From the NCBI GenBank assembly GCA_964016885.1, contig OZ024740.1:419926001-419990000 (forward strand): 64,000 bases of DNA. Direction: 5' to 3'. Below, piece after piece: positions 11,795 through 25,640 of this stretch. The stretch comes from Eledone cirrhosa. Its lineage: Eukaryota. The position numbers and the translations under genes were made by a program. How positions within the stretch are numbered: the stretch's first letter is position 1; each line of letters starts with the position of its first letter. Under the pieces are notes generated by a model. The model ran no database searches. It was given only the letters and a program-made list of their open reading frames with translations, and was not told the DNA's origin.

Positions 11795-12812
11795 CTACCT
11801 TACACACTTGCACCTCTCTAAGACAATGTCACTGGACCATGATCTTTGACGCCACGCAGTAATACAGAAGACCCGCCTTGCCTATGTACAAAGCGAAACC
11901 TACAGTCAACAGGCACCTCTTAACCAAATATACACCCCATCCCACTACCCCTACTCCATCCTCCCACTCCCACCAACACCACCCTTTCTCTATAAAGTTA
12001 TGTTGGTACCACAACATCCAGTCCAAAATAAATGAGGTCGTGTACGTGTCACGACAAAAAAACACAATCCACGCTGTAATGTGGCCATCTAAACTATAAT
12101 AAAGGAAGGTCTGCGGGACTGCGTACGTTTTGTTTTTTATCCCGTTAGTAAAATAAGTTGGATTACTTTGAATAAATAATGAATATTACATAATTTATCT
12201 ACTAAATTTCGTAAACAAAAATAATTTCGTAAAAGTAAATAATTTAAAATTGACTTCTTTTCAAAGTTGCACTTCCGGTATATCGTTGCCACCACCACCA
12301 CTTCAACTACCATATATATAGAAAGAGAGAGTGTGTGATGTTAACACTTCCGGTTGGCCATCGCTTAAATAAACATACTAATTTTCTCCTAATGCAGTTT
12401 ATATATAATATCGTCTTTTTTTAATGTATCATGGATTACATTACTGATTACATAAGACAGTGTTACAACGTCTTCGTTCAATTTCTGTTTATATTGTCAA
12501 TTACGATTTTATTTGATGTATCATATCTACATGTATATATACTTGCGTATAATATCAATATACACACTACACATGCTAGCAGAAAACCAGCCGAAGGGTG
12601 GTTTTCTGCTAGTGTAGGTAACATGGTAAAAACCTCCCAGTCCAAACTGTAAGCGTGGTTGGTGTTAGGAAGGGCATCCAGCCGTAGAAAACCTGCCAGA
12701 TAGTCCTATATGAGCGAGACACGGTCAACTGACCAATCTTGCCTCAAGTGGGACAATTCCCGTCTAACCCATGCTAGCGTGGAAGATAGACGTTAAACGA
12801 TGATGATGATGA
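11795..12812 (+). mobile_element. RTE family 2 3' end/UTR with (GAT)n tail, split by a Helitron
   Basis: 11795-12087 and 12613-12812 align continuously to ~56075-56541. Confidence 0.85.
12088..12612 (+). mobile_element. Non-autonomous Helitron (525 bp)
   Basis: Starts A|TCTAAACTATAATAAAG, ends CTAG|T, no TSD, 14-bp perfect inverted repeat at the 3' end; second copy at 49864-50274 (-). Confidence 0.8.
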
Positions 12813-12817
12813 TATAT

Positions 12818-13000
12818 AATTGTTTCTACTTTAGGCACAAGGCCAGCAATTACCCAGTACATTACTGGTACTTTATTTTATCGACCCCGTAAGGATGAAA
12901 GGCAAAGTTAACCTCGGCGGGATTTGAACTCAGATCGTAAAGGGACGTAACTATGCTAGAAAGCATGGCATCCAACCCTCTACCGACACTGCCAATTCAC
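12818..13000 (-). mobile_element. SINE family A
   Basis: Near-identical to 31274-31451. Confidence 0.9.
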
Positions 13001-13294
13001 CGATGATATATAATGTATGCTTATTATACAGTACATTTTGTGAAGTGGTTTGTGATAGGAAGGGCATCCTACCATAGAAAACCTGCCAAACAAAATGTTG
13101 GGAAGACTCTTCAGCTATGCCAAAAGACATGACAACTTCCTTAGTGTTAGAGGCATGATAAAATACACTCAGTGGAAGAGGGGGTTGTATGTCAGGTCCC
13201 TAGGCCCACCTATAAGTCAGAGACTCTGCTTGGGTACTGACCAGTGTGTGACAACACATCCAACCCTTGCTAGCAGGTGAAACAGACATTAAAC

Positions 13295-13600
13295 AATGAT
13301 GGTGATGATGATGATGGTGAGAATGGTGAGGAGGATGGTGGTGATGGTAAGAATGATGATGATGATGAGGGTGAGGAGGATGGTGGTGAGAATGATGATG
13401 ATGGTGGTGGTGGTGGTGAGGATGGTGATGATAATGATGGGGAGGAGGATGGTGGTGATGGTGAGAATGATGATGATGGTGGCGAGGGTGAGGATGATGA
13501 TGATGATGGTGGTGATAATAATGGAGATAATAATGATGGTAGTGAGGGTGATGGTGATGAGGATGGTGTTGGTGTTGGTGTTAGTGTTGGTGAGTAGAAT
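13295..13600. repeat. Compound (GAT)/(GGT)/(GAG) trinucleotide tract
   Basis: Direct inspection; grows out of the (GAT)n tail of the repeat at ~13040-13295. Confidence 0.95.
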
Positions 13601-14287
13601 GATGACAATGGTGTTACTGATGATACCTGAAGATAAAAGGACTGAAGCAGCAATGTAATCAGTATATAGATTAAAGCACAAAAGCTATGATTTAATAGTT
13701 TGATCAATACATTCTGCATTGCATATGGCATATCTGTGGAATATAGAGCAGCAATTGAGAGATGTTAATGAGAAGTTCTGTAATTCTAGCTTCCAGCAAT
13801 TATTTGCTGTTTTTAATTATTAATCACAACTACAGTTTTCAATGCTATTATTACTGGAGAACTTTATAGTAATGACAGACAGGCAGTCTAATGTGAAGAT
13901 GTTAAGGTTAAAAGCTGAAGATGTTTTCAAATTAAATAATAGATTAGAGTAAGAACAGAATAACGGTTGTATCACCATAGCAACATATATGATTGGAAGT
14001 GATGTGTGAGAGATGATTGGTTGGAGAGAAAGGGTCAAGGAGATAACATATCTTTGGGAAAACACCAGTGTTGTTGAAGTGGCATTACTTAATATATATG
14101 TTTGCATTATACTGGTAATGTATGTAATTAGATTGGAGTTCTGGGTATTGACATGTGTGGTTCTTGGTTAATTTCATGATAGATTTCATCAAAAACATAT
14201 TTGATGTCTCTATAATGTACACTTAGAGAGAAGATGGATGCTGCCAAGCATTTCTAAGGCCCACTGAAGTGCCATAATGGACCCACA

Positions 14288-16780
14288 GTGAAATGTTATG
14301 AGTGACACCCCAATGACTGACTGCACCAGAGTGAAATGTCTCATGTGGCATTCCAATGACTGACTGCACCAGAGTGAAATGTCTCATGTGGCTCTCCAAT
14401 GACTGACTGCACCAGAGTGAAATGTCTCGAGTGGCACTCCAATGACTGACTGCACCAGAGTGAAATGTCTCATGTGGAACCCCAATGACTGACTGCACCA
14501 GAGTGAAATGTCTCATGTGGCATTCCAATGACTGACTGCACCAGAGTGAAATGTCTCGAGTGGCACTCCAATGACTGACTGCACCAGAGTGAAATGTCTC
14601 ATGTGGCACTCCAATGACTGACTGCACCAGAGTGAAATGTCTCATGTGGCACCCCAATGACTGACTGCACCAGAGTGAAATGTCTCATGTGGCACTCCAA
14701 TGACTGACTGCACCAGAGTGAAATGTCTCATGTGGCACTCCAATGACTGACTGCACCAGAGTGAAATGTCTCATGTGGCACTCCAATGACTGACTGCACC
14801 AGAGTGAAATGTCTCGAGTGGCACTCCAATGACTGACTGCACCAGAGTGAAATGTCTCATGTGGCACTCCAATGACTGACTGCACCAGAGTGAAATGTCT
14901 CGAGTGGCACTCCAATGACTGACTGCACCAGAGTGAAATGTCTCATGTGGCACTCCAATGACTGACTGCAACAGAGTGAAATGTCTTGAGTGGGACCCCA
15001 ATGACTGACTGTACCAGAGTGAAATGTCTCATGTGGCACTCCAATGACTGACTGCACCAGAGTGAAATGTCTCATGTGGCACTCCAATGACTGACTGCAC
15101 CAGAGTGAAATGTCTCGAGTGACACCCCAATGACTGACTGCACCAGAGTGAAATGTCTCATGTGGCACTCCAATGACTGACTGCACCAGAGTGAAATGTC
15201 TCATGTGGCACTCCAATGACTGACTGCACCAGAGTGAAATGTCTCATGTGGCACTCCAATGACTGACTGCACCAGAGTGAAATGTCTCGAGTGACACCCC
15301 AATGACTGACTGCACCAGAGTGAAATGTCTCGAGTGACACCCCAATGACTGACTGCACCAGAGTGAAATGTCTCATGTGGCACTCCAATGACTGACTGCA
15401 CCAGAGTGAAATGTCTCATGTGGCACCCCAATGACTGACTGCACCAGAGTGAAATGTCTCATGTGGCACTCCAATGACTGACTGCACCAGAGTGAAATGT
15501 CTCATGTGGCATTCCAATGACTGACTGCACCAGAGTGAAATGTCTCATGTGGCACTCCAATGACTGACTGCACCAGAGTGAAATGTCTCGAGTGACACCC
15601 CAATGACTGACTGCACCAGAGTGAAATGTCTCATGTGGCACTCCAATGACTGACTGCACCAGAGTGAAATGTCTCATGTGGCACCCCAATGACTGACTGC
15701 ACCAGAGTGAAATGTCTCATGTGGCACTCCAATGACTGACTGCACCAGAGTGAAATGTCTCATGTGGCATTCCAATGACTGACTGCACCAGAGTGAAATG
15801 TCTCATGTGGCACTCCAATGACTGACTGCACCAGAGTGAAATGTCTCATGTGGCACTCCAATGACTGACTGCACCAGAGTGAAATGTCTCATGTGGCACT
15901 CCAATGACTGACTGCACCAGAGTGAAATGTCTCGAGTGACACCCCAATGACTGACTGCACCAGAGTGAAATGTCTCATGTGGCACTCCAATGACTGACTG
16001 CACCAGAGTGAAATGTCTCATGTGGCACTCCAATGACTGACTGCACCAGAGTGAAATGTCTCATGTGGCACTCCAATGACTGACTGCACCAGAGTGAAAT
16101 GTCTCGAGTGACACCCCAATGACTGACTGCACCAGAGTGAAATGTCTCATGTGGCACTCCAATGACTGACTGCACCAGAGTGAAATGTCTCATGTGGCAT
16201 TCCAATGACTGACTGCACCAGAGTGAAATGTCTCGAGTGACACCCCAATGACTGACTGCACCAGAGTGAAATGTCTCATGTGGCACTCCAATGACTGACT
16301 GCACCAGAGTGAAATGTCTCATGTGGCACCCCAATGACTGACTGCACCAGAGTGAAATGTCTCATGTGGCACTCCAATGACTGACTGCACCAGAGTGAAA
16401 TGTCTCATGTGGCATTCCAATGACTGACTGCACCAGAGTGAAATGTCTCATGTGGCACTCCAATGACTGACTGCACCAGAGTGAAATGTCTCGAGTGACA
16501 CCCCAATGACTGACTGCACCAGAGTGAAATGTCTCATGTGGCACTCCAATGACTGACTGCACCAGAGTGAAATGTCTCATGTGGCACCCCAATGACTGAC
16601 TGCACCAGAGTGAAATGTCTCATGTGGCACTCCAATGACTGACTGCACCAGAGTGAAATGTCTCATGTGGCATTCCAATGACTGACTGCACCAGAGTGAA
16701 ATGTCTCATGTGGCACTCCAATGACTGACTGCACCAGAGTGAAATGTCTCATGTGGCACTCCAATGACTGACTGCACCAG
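14288..16780. repeat. 43-bp minisatellite (~58 units)
   Basis: Unit GTGAAATGTCTCATGTGGCACTCCAATGACTGACTGCACCAGA with a recurring CGAGTGACACCCC variant. Confidence 0.97.
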
Positions 16781-17319
16781 TTACAGGTATTTCATTGATT
16801 GATACTCAGTATCTTATCAGTAGAGATAATTCTTTGGAACACCTTTCAGTGGTAGTTTTTGTTATCTATTTTGAGAACAATACCTTGACATAATTATGAG
16901 AAGCTGGTTACAGCTGTTTTGAACAGAAAAAGATGAGAGAATTCTGGCCAGATATGGCCGGTTTAAATGCTAAAGGGTTAAGATGGTATGTTGTTGTTTG
17001 AGGGAGATTTAACTGTTCTGTTAGGGCAAGAGTTTTGAGAGCCCACATAAGAGCAGGATATTTGAAGGTGATTTCTGGTACATTAGAGAGAAAACCTGGT
17101 CCTTTGTTTTTTGTACTGAGAGGCCATAAAAGATGCTGCACTTGATTGGCTGTGAGATTTTATCAAAGAAGTAAAGTGGGTCTGTTGTGTTTATGAAGTG
17201 AATAATTAGAGAAAAGAAAACAGGAGAAAAATATGGTTTTTGTATTAGGGAATGAGAAGAAATTATATTTGCCTGTATGTATTTCATATTTTGTTGTATG
17301 TAGTTCATGTTTTGTTAAC

Positions 17320-17430
17320 ATGTGCGGCTTAGTGGTTAGAGAATTGGATTTGCAATCATGTGGTTGCGAGTTTGATCCCAGACTGATACATTATGTCCTT
17401 GAGCAAGACACTTTATTTCATGTTGCTCTT
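17320..17430 (+). mobile_element. SINE family B 5' fragment
   Basis: CGGCTTAGTGGTTAG...GAGTTTGATCCC...GTCCTTGAGCAAGACACTTTATTTCA. Confidence 0.8.
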
Positions 17431-17499
17431 TCTGCAAGGAGTTACAACTGGTAAATACTATCAGCAATTGGAAAGACCAATGAAAACATTGTTTCTTAG

Positions 17500-17535
17500 T
17501 CCAGTGTGACGAGTTCCACACTACTCAGTAACTCG
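17500..17535 (+). CDS. Candidate 36-nt frame-preserving micro-exon (SSVTSSTLLSNS), host gene unknown
   Basis: TTGTTTCTTAG acceptor, TCG|GTAAGC donor, only phase 0 is open; no homology evidence. Confidence 0.2.
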
Positions 17536-17884
17536 GTAAGCAAGTGATGTTTGGGATCTTGTTGATTCATTAAAACAAAAAATTCTATTCACTAACTTAT
17601 CTTATCAAATGACTGAAATGTCTTTGAAATGTTTTGTCTCTTCTCAATCTTTATAGTCTCAGAGCTGACTTAATTCATTTGTAACAAGATAAATATATTT
17701 CTTCCAATATACTGATTAACCAATTATTGGAACTTTACATTCAAAATATTGTTTTTTGAGTTCTTTTGGTTCCTTACTTTGAAGTATTGGCTTTCTAGTT
17801 TAGTTTGCTGCTACACAAATATTGACTAAATATTGTATACAGAGTCATACTTATATGTATTTGGTCTAGCTGTGAAATAAGGCT

Positions 17885-18056
17885 AAGTCTGTCACGAGCC
17901 CAGAGGTTCATCAGGCCAGTACTTGTCTCAATTTTTGTGACATGAAGCGACTGTGAGTAAAAGACACCTCCCTGGACTGGATGCCAGTCCATCACTGGGT
18001 TAAAGTCTGTCTAGAGCCCAGAAGCTCATCAGGCCAGTGCTTATTCCGGTTTCCAG
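17885..18056 (-). mobile_element. SINE family B 3' fragments (duplicated tail)
   Basis: Reverse complement of the ACCCAGTGATGGACTGGCATCC...CTGATGA tail seen at 8965-9075 and 26155-26335. Confidence 0.7.
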
Positions 18057-18567
18057 AGACTGGTACAAAGAGGAAGTGATCGGTGAGGCTCCGGTATTTT
18101 ACAAAGGGGTTGGATTTGTCGTCAATACATTATATGGATCACACAGTCTTTAATGGAATCACAATCATTGAAGGGAGGAGAGAACATTCATAGATTGACC
18201 ATCATTTAGTCTAGTAGCTTTTAATATTTACAAGAATTTAACATAACTTTTTTCTCTTCACATTCTTTCATTATGCTTCACATTCCTGAAAATCAAGATC
18301 AAAATCTAGATTTTGGCAGACAATAATGCTTCACTCCACCCAAAAACTCATTAAAAAGAATTTCATTATAATTCTGTCTAATATAAATTAGTTACCAATT
18401 CAAAACCTCTGCCAAAATACTTCTTACAAAAACAATACGTTGTCAACATGGTAAAACCTGCTTGATAATTATGTTAAAACCAAATATCTGATGTAATAAC
18501 ATTACTTTCGTACATACGGAGGTTATAACTTTAAATCTCTTGTATCTTTATAGCTAATAAGACTGTG

Positions 18568-18695
18568 GGGGCATGTGGGCTAGTGGTAAGGTGTTGGACA
18601 TAAGATCATAATGTTGTGGGTTTGATTCCTAGACTGGGTTGCGTGTTGTGTTCTTGAGCAAAACACCTTATTTCATGTTGTTCCAGTATACTCAG
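18568..18695 (+). mobile_element. SINE family B 5' fragment
   Basis: GGGCTAGTGGTAAGG...GGGTTTGATTCC...TTCTTGAGCAAAACACC. Confidence 0.75.
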
Positions 18696-18736
18696 AATGG
18701 ATTTCATCAATAGAGATTTATGAGTAGTTTTTTACA

Positions 18737-18808
18737 GCATTGGTGGTGTAACAGTTAGCATGGTTGCCATCCAAGCAGTCGAACTGGGTTCAACTCCAAG
18801 TCGACGCA
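18737..18808 (+). pseudogene. tRNA-Gly(TCC) pseudogene
   Basis: 72 nt GCATTGGTGGTGTAACAGTTAGCATGGTTGCCATCCAAGCAGTCGAACTGGGTTCAACTCCAAGTCGACGCA aligns to metazoan tRNA-Gly(TCC); D-loop GG lost, U33 to A, stem mismatches; TTTT shortly downstream. Confidence 0.85.
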
Positions 18809-18829
18809 GGCGTTAAACATTTTACTGAA

Positions 18830-19290
18830 ATCATCATCATCATCATCATCATCAACGTTTAACGTCCGTGTTCCACGCTTGCATGGGTTTGGACGGGGGT
18901 AGTCCCACTTGAGGCAAGAGTGATTGTCTTGCTCGCATAGGACTGTCTGGCAGGTTTTCTACAGTTGGATGCCCTTCCTAACACCAACCACATTTACAGT
19001 GTGGGTCTGGGAGGTTTTTACCGTGTTGCCTACACGGCCACATTACAGCGTGGACTGTGTGTTTTTTTGTCGTGACACCTACACGATCTCATTTGTTTCG
19101 GCCTGGATGGCGCGGCACCAACATAACTTTACATAGAACGGGGTGGTGTGGATGGGGTGGGGGTGGCGGCGGGAGGGGTGTATTTTGTTAGAGATGCCTA
19201 CTGGCAAGGCGGGTCTTCTCTGTTACTGAGTACCGCCAAAGGTCACGGTCCAGTGACATTGTCTTGGAGAGGTGTAAGTGTGTGAGGTCG
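18830..19290 (-). mobile_element. RTE family 2 3' end with (GAT)n tail
   Basis: Reverse complement of ~56075-56541. Confidence 0.85.
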
Positions 19291-20421
19291 GAGTTTATCA
19301 GCTCATCCCATGTTTTTAGAAATTAGCTGAAGAGTAAAGAACATTCCATTATTTTATTATGTGTTCCAGGTGAGAGGCTGAGGCCATGCTGGGGCACCGC
19401 CACTGTTGCTACACTATCTATAGCCAGCCTTCCTTGGTTGGTTGTTGATGCAAAAGGGAGTTTGTTGCTGCTGCTCTTATTTGTGTTTCACCTCGTGTTG
19501 TGGGTTCATCCAGGATCTTAGTCATTGAATCAGTATATGTAAATGTAATGCCTTTAAGTGTAGAGACATCCATTAGTATATACTAATTGTTGCTTAGTTT
19601 ATACTGAGACTGGGTGGCTTTCAGAATAATTGAAACAATACACAGGAAATATTTACTTTAACAAAATAATATTCTTATTCCATGTATGTACAAGATAAAT
19701 TAGCACATACTTTAGATTATAATAAACATTTAACAAAAGATAGAACCAAATTAATTTACTTATTAAGCATGCATTATTAATTGGTTGAGAATTCCCAAGG
19801 GAAAATAACGAGCAGAGCAAAATACTCCACAAACAGAAAGATATAAACTAACAAAATTCTAACAATGTAAAAAATCATTAAGTAATAAGAACAATAAAAG
19901 TTTCGAAGTAGAATGGTAGAAAGATGAATGAGGAATCTGAAAAATAATAGTTTAATAGCTTCTGTAATTAGTGTTGAGTTTAAAACAAGATCAGTTTCAT
20001 GAAAATGTAACCAATAACCCAGATATTATTAGCAGAACAGTATAAAACAAACCCACCCACACGTACACCACAAACCCCTCCCCACAGAGTAATAGGTAAT
20101 GTTTGGTAGCTGGGTTTTTGTTTTGCATAATTAGACATCTCAGATTACATGATTGCTTATTTAACATATCAGGAAATGATTTCTTTCCAAATAGGAACCT
20201 ATTATCAATACAAAACTATGTGTATGTTTAACAAATAAAGACATGTGCTAGTAGACCCATTACAAAATTGTTGATGTAATCATCATCATTATTATTTTTT
20301 TATGTCTGCCTTTCTATGATGGCATTGAGTTGGGAGTTTGAGGAAGTTGCTTTACAGCTGACATATTCCTGGAGATATCTTTTGCTTAGTCACTTTATGA
20401 CATACAGGAATATGGTGTATC

Positions 20422-23400
20422 TATAACTGGGATACACACACAGTTATGGCATATAACTGGGATACACGGTAATAACATGTAACTGGGATACACACACACA
20501 GTTATGACATATAACTGGGATACACACACACAGTTATGGCATATAACTGGGATACATACACACAGTTATGGCATATAACTGGGATACAGACACAGTTATG
20601 ACATATAACTGGGATACATACACACAGTTATGGCATATAACTGGGATACATACACACAGTTATGGCATATAACTGGGATACACACACACAGTTATGGCAT
20701 ATAACTGGGATACATACACACAGTTATGGCATATAACTGGGATACAGACACAGTTATGACATATAACTGGGATACACACACAGAGTTATGACATATAACT
20801 AGGATACACACACAGTTATGGCATATAACTGGGATACACACACAGTTATGGCATATAATTGGGATACACACACACAGTTATGGCATATAACTGGGATACA
20901 CACACACAGTTATGGCATATAACTGGGATATACCCACAGTTATGACATATAACTGGGATACACACACAGAGTTATGACATATAACTGGGATACACACACA
21001 GTTATGACATATAACTGGGATACACACACAGTTATGGCATATAATTGGGATACACACACACAGTTATGGCATATAACTGGGATACACACACACAGTTATG
21101 GCATATAACTGGGATATACCCACAGTTATGACATATAACTGGGATACACACACAGTTATTACATATAACTGGGATATACCCACAGTTATGACATATAACT
21201 GGGATACGCACACACAGTTATTACATATAACTGGGATACACACAGTTATAACTGGGATACACACACAGTTATAGCATATAATTGGGATACACACACAGTT
21301 ATGACATATAACTGGGATACACACAGTTATGACATATAACTGGGATACACACACAGTTATGACATATAACTGGGATACACACACACACAGTTATGACATA
21401 TAATTGGGATACACACACAGTTATGACATATAACTGGGATATACACACAGTTATGACATATAACTGGGATACACACACAGTTATGACATATAACTGGGAT
21501 ACACACACACAGTTATGACATATAACTGGGATACACACACACACAGTTATGACATATAACTGGGATACACACACAGTTATGACATATAACTGGGATACAC
21601 ACACACACAGTTATGACATATAACTGGGATACACACACACACAGTTATGACATATAACTGGGATACACACACAGTTATGACATATAACTGGGATACACAC
21701 ACACAGTTATGACATATAACTGGGATATACACACAGTTATGGCATATAACTGGGATACACACAGTTATGACATATAACTGGGATATACACACAGTTATGG
21801 CATATAACTGGGATATACACACAGTTATGGCATATAACTGGGATACACACAGTTATGACATATAACTGGGATGCACACACAGTTATGGCATATAATTGGG
21901 ATACACACACAGTTATGGCATATAACTGGGATATACACACAGTTATGATATATAACTGCGATAGACACCCAGTTATGACATATAACTGGGATACACACAC
22001 AGTTGTGAAATATAACTGGGATATACACAGTTATGGCATATAACTGGGATACATCCACAGTTATGACATATAACTGGGATATACACACAGTTATGGCATA
22101 TAACTGGGATACATACAGTTATGGCATATAGCTGGGATACACACACACCGTTATGGCATATAACTGGGATACATACACACAGTTATGACATATAACTGGG
22201 ATACACACAGTTATGTCATATAACTGGGATACACACAGTTATGGCATATAACTGGGATACACACAGTTATGGCATATAACTGGCATACACACAGTTATTA
22301 AATATAACTGGGATACACACAGTTATGACATATAACTGGGATACACACAGTTATGACATATAACTGGGATACACACAGTTATTACATATAACTGGGATAC
22401 ACACAGTTATGACATATAACTGGGATACACACACAGTTATGTCATATAACTGGGATATACACACAGTTATGGCATATAACTGGGATACACACAGTTATGG
22501 CATATAACTGGGATACACACGCAGTTATGGCATATAACTGGGATACACACAGTTATGACATAACTGGGATACACACACAGTTATGGCATATAACTGGGAT
22601 ACACACAGTTATGACGTATAACTGGGATACACAGTTATGACATATAACTGGGATACACACAGTTATGACATATAACTGCGATACACACACAGTTATGACG
22701 TATAACTGGGATATACACAGTTATGGCATATAACTGGGATATATACACAGTTATGACATAACTGGGATACATACAGTTATGACATATAACTGGGATACAC
22801 ACACAGTTATAACATATAACTGGGATACACACACACACGCAGTTATGGCATATAACTGGGATACACACACACACACACACAGTTATGGCATATAACTGGG
22901 ATACACACACACACACACAGTTATGGCATATAACTGGGATATACACACAGTTATGATATATAACTGGGATATACACACAGTTATGATATATAACTGGGAT
23001 ACACACAGTTATGACATATAACTGGGATATACACACAGTTATGATATATAACTGGGATACACACAGTTATTACATATAACTGGGATACACACACAGTTAT
23101 GACATATAACTGGGATACACACAGTTATGACATATAACTGGGATACACACACAGTTATGGCATATAACTGGGATACACACAGTTATAACATATAACTGGG
23201 ATACACACACAGTTATGGCATATAACTGGGATACACACGCAGTTATGGCATATAACTGGGATACACACAGTTATAACATATAACTGGGATACACACACAG
23301 TTATGACATATAACTGGGATACACACAGTTATGACATATAACTGGGATACACACACAGTTATGGCATATAATTGGGATACACACAGTTATGACATATAAC

Positions 23401-24290
23401 TGGGTTACACACACACACACACAGTTATGGCATATAACTGGGATACACACAGTTATGACATATAACTGGGATACACACACAGTTATGGCATATAATTGGG
23501 ATACACACATTTATGACATATAACTGGGATACACAGTTATGACATATAACTGTGATACACACACAGTTATGACATAACTGGGATACATCAACAGTTATGA
23601 CATATAACTGGGATATACACGCAGTTATGGCATATAACTGGGACACACACAGTTATGGCATATAGCTGGGATACATACACACAGTTATGACATATAACTG
23701 GGATACACACACACAGTTATGGCATATAACTGGGATATACACACAGTTATTGCATACAACTGGGATACACACAGTTATGACATACAACTGGGATACACAC
23801 ACAGTTATGACATATAACTGGGATACATACACAGTTATGGCATATAACTGGGATACACACACAGTTATGACATATAACTGGGATACACACAGTTATGGCA
23901 TATAACTGGGATACACAGTTATGACATATAACTGGGATACACACAGTTATGGCATATAACTGGGATACACAGTTATGACATATAACTGGGATACACACAG
24001 TTATGACATATAACTGGGATACACACACATACACACACAGTTATGGCATATAACTGGGATACACACACACACAGTTATGACATATAACTGGGATACACAC
24101 AGTTATGGCATATAACTGGGATACACAGTTATGACATATAACTGGGATACACACAGTTATGGCATATAACTGGGATACACACACAGTTATGACATATAAC
24201 TGGGATACACACACACAGTTATGACATATAACTGGGATACACAGGGTTATGACATATCACTGGGATACACACACACACAGTTATTAGATA
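20422..24290. repeat. Variable-length minisatellite: constant core plus (CA)n spacer (~130 units)
   Basis: GTTATG(A/G)CATATAACTGGGATA followed by variable CA repeats; unit about 26-38 bp. Confidence 0.97.
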
Positions 24291-24564
24291 TAAAATAATA
24301 GGAATCAGGAGATAACATCAAAATAAAAAATTGAAGTATAGATGTGGGTAGATAGAGAAAAACCCAATTTTCCATGATGTATCTTGTTTGAAGATATTCA
24401 ATATAGATAATGTATATAAAGTTAATACAAGTTTATAAAAAATATTCTTCTGATTCTGTCTTTAACATATGTTGATTTATAATTATTAAAAAAAAAAAAA
24501 CTCTAACAATAAATATTTATTTATTTCAATCATTGATATTTCATGATCAAAACTATCCAGCAAC

Positions 24565-24945
24565 ACTTCTTCCTCTTATTCCTGAGAGGGTTTTAGGGGT
24601 AGAGTCCTCAAACACTCCTTCCAGCAGGTTCTGTCAGAAGCAACTGACACCAAGCAAGACCAGCCAAACTCGTGGATGTTATCCAACCATCTTACTCAGG
24701 GTCTACCTCTAGGTCTCTTGAGGAATAGTTTTATCCGTAAAATCTGTCCAGTGATTCTTTCCTGAGACATACTAACCACATGCCCATAGTATCAGAGCTG
24801 TGATCTGTCAATTCAGAGAAGTAGTAATTCTACCAGGAGTGACTTTCTGATCTCTAAGCCACACACTCTATCAAGTAACATCCTCCAAAGATCCTTCAGA
24901 GGAACCCCATTTCAGCCACTTGTTTTCGCGACCATATTCTTTCAG
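24565..24945 (-). mobile_element. RTE family 1 3' fragment
   Basis: Reverse complement of ~29190-29590. Confidence 0.85.
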
Positions 24946-25423
24946 TCCCCGCAACACTTAATCAACCATATTTACATCTGAGAAAGGAATTTTGAATGTC
25001 ATTCTTTGCCCCAAGAGAGGAAAGAGAGGCATTGGTGGTCTTAAGTGAAATTAAATACAGGGCTATAGCTTGGAATCAAAACAGTATTGTTATCTTAGTT
25101 TCTAAGGAACTTTTTATTTTACTTTAAAAAATATGGATGGAAGTATCAAATCAAATCAAATCTGACTTCTGGTCTTCCTCAAGAGCATTTTTTTTCAAAA
25201 GGAGTAATTCAACTTGATATTTATTCACAATTAGCTAAGCTGGGTCATTGGGAGAGTAAAATGTCTTAGGTATCTGTACTGATGGTTTGTGTCAAAGATA
25301 CAAGTACAGGACACAGAATTAAACTGAATGATACAAATATTACTGCTGTCTTCGGATCATCCATTTCTGCAATAAAATATTTTTATACTAAAATATTCTG
25401 ATATTTATCTCAATCATCATCAT

Positions 25424-25640
25424 CATCATCATCATCATCATTTAATGTCTATTTTCCGCACTAGCATGGGTTAGAAGGGTTTGTCTCATTAGAGGAAAGT
25501 TGGGTCGGGTGACTGTGTCTAGCTCATATAGGATTGTGTCTTGCTAGAATTCTACGGTTGGATGCCCTGCCTAACGGCAATCACATTTACAGTGTGGGAT
25601 GGGTGCTTTTTTGTCATGACACCTACACAACCACTGGTGG
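25424..25640 (-). mobile_element. RTE family 2 tail / related SINE fragment
   Basis: (CAT)n then CTAGCATGGGTTAGA...GGATGCCCTGCCTAAC; similar fragments at 2770-2860, 48276-48330, 56745-56960. Confidence 0.75.

Noticed and set aside
13270-13731. Asp/Gly/Glu-rich ORF
   Set aside because: Expanded (GAT)n tail of a retroelement
20422-24290. CRISPR-like repeat-spacer appearance
   Set aside because: Spacers are only (CA)n, there are no cas genes, and the context is eukaryotic
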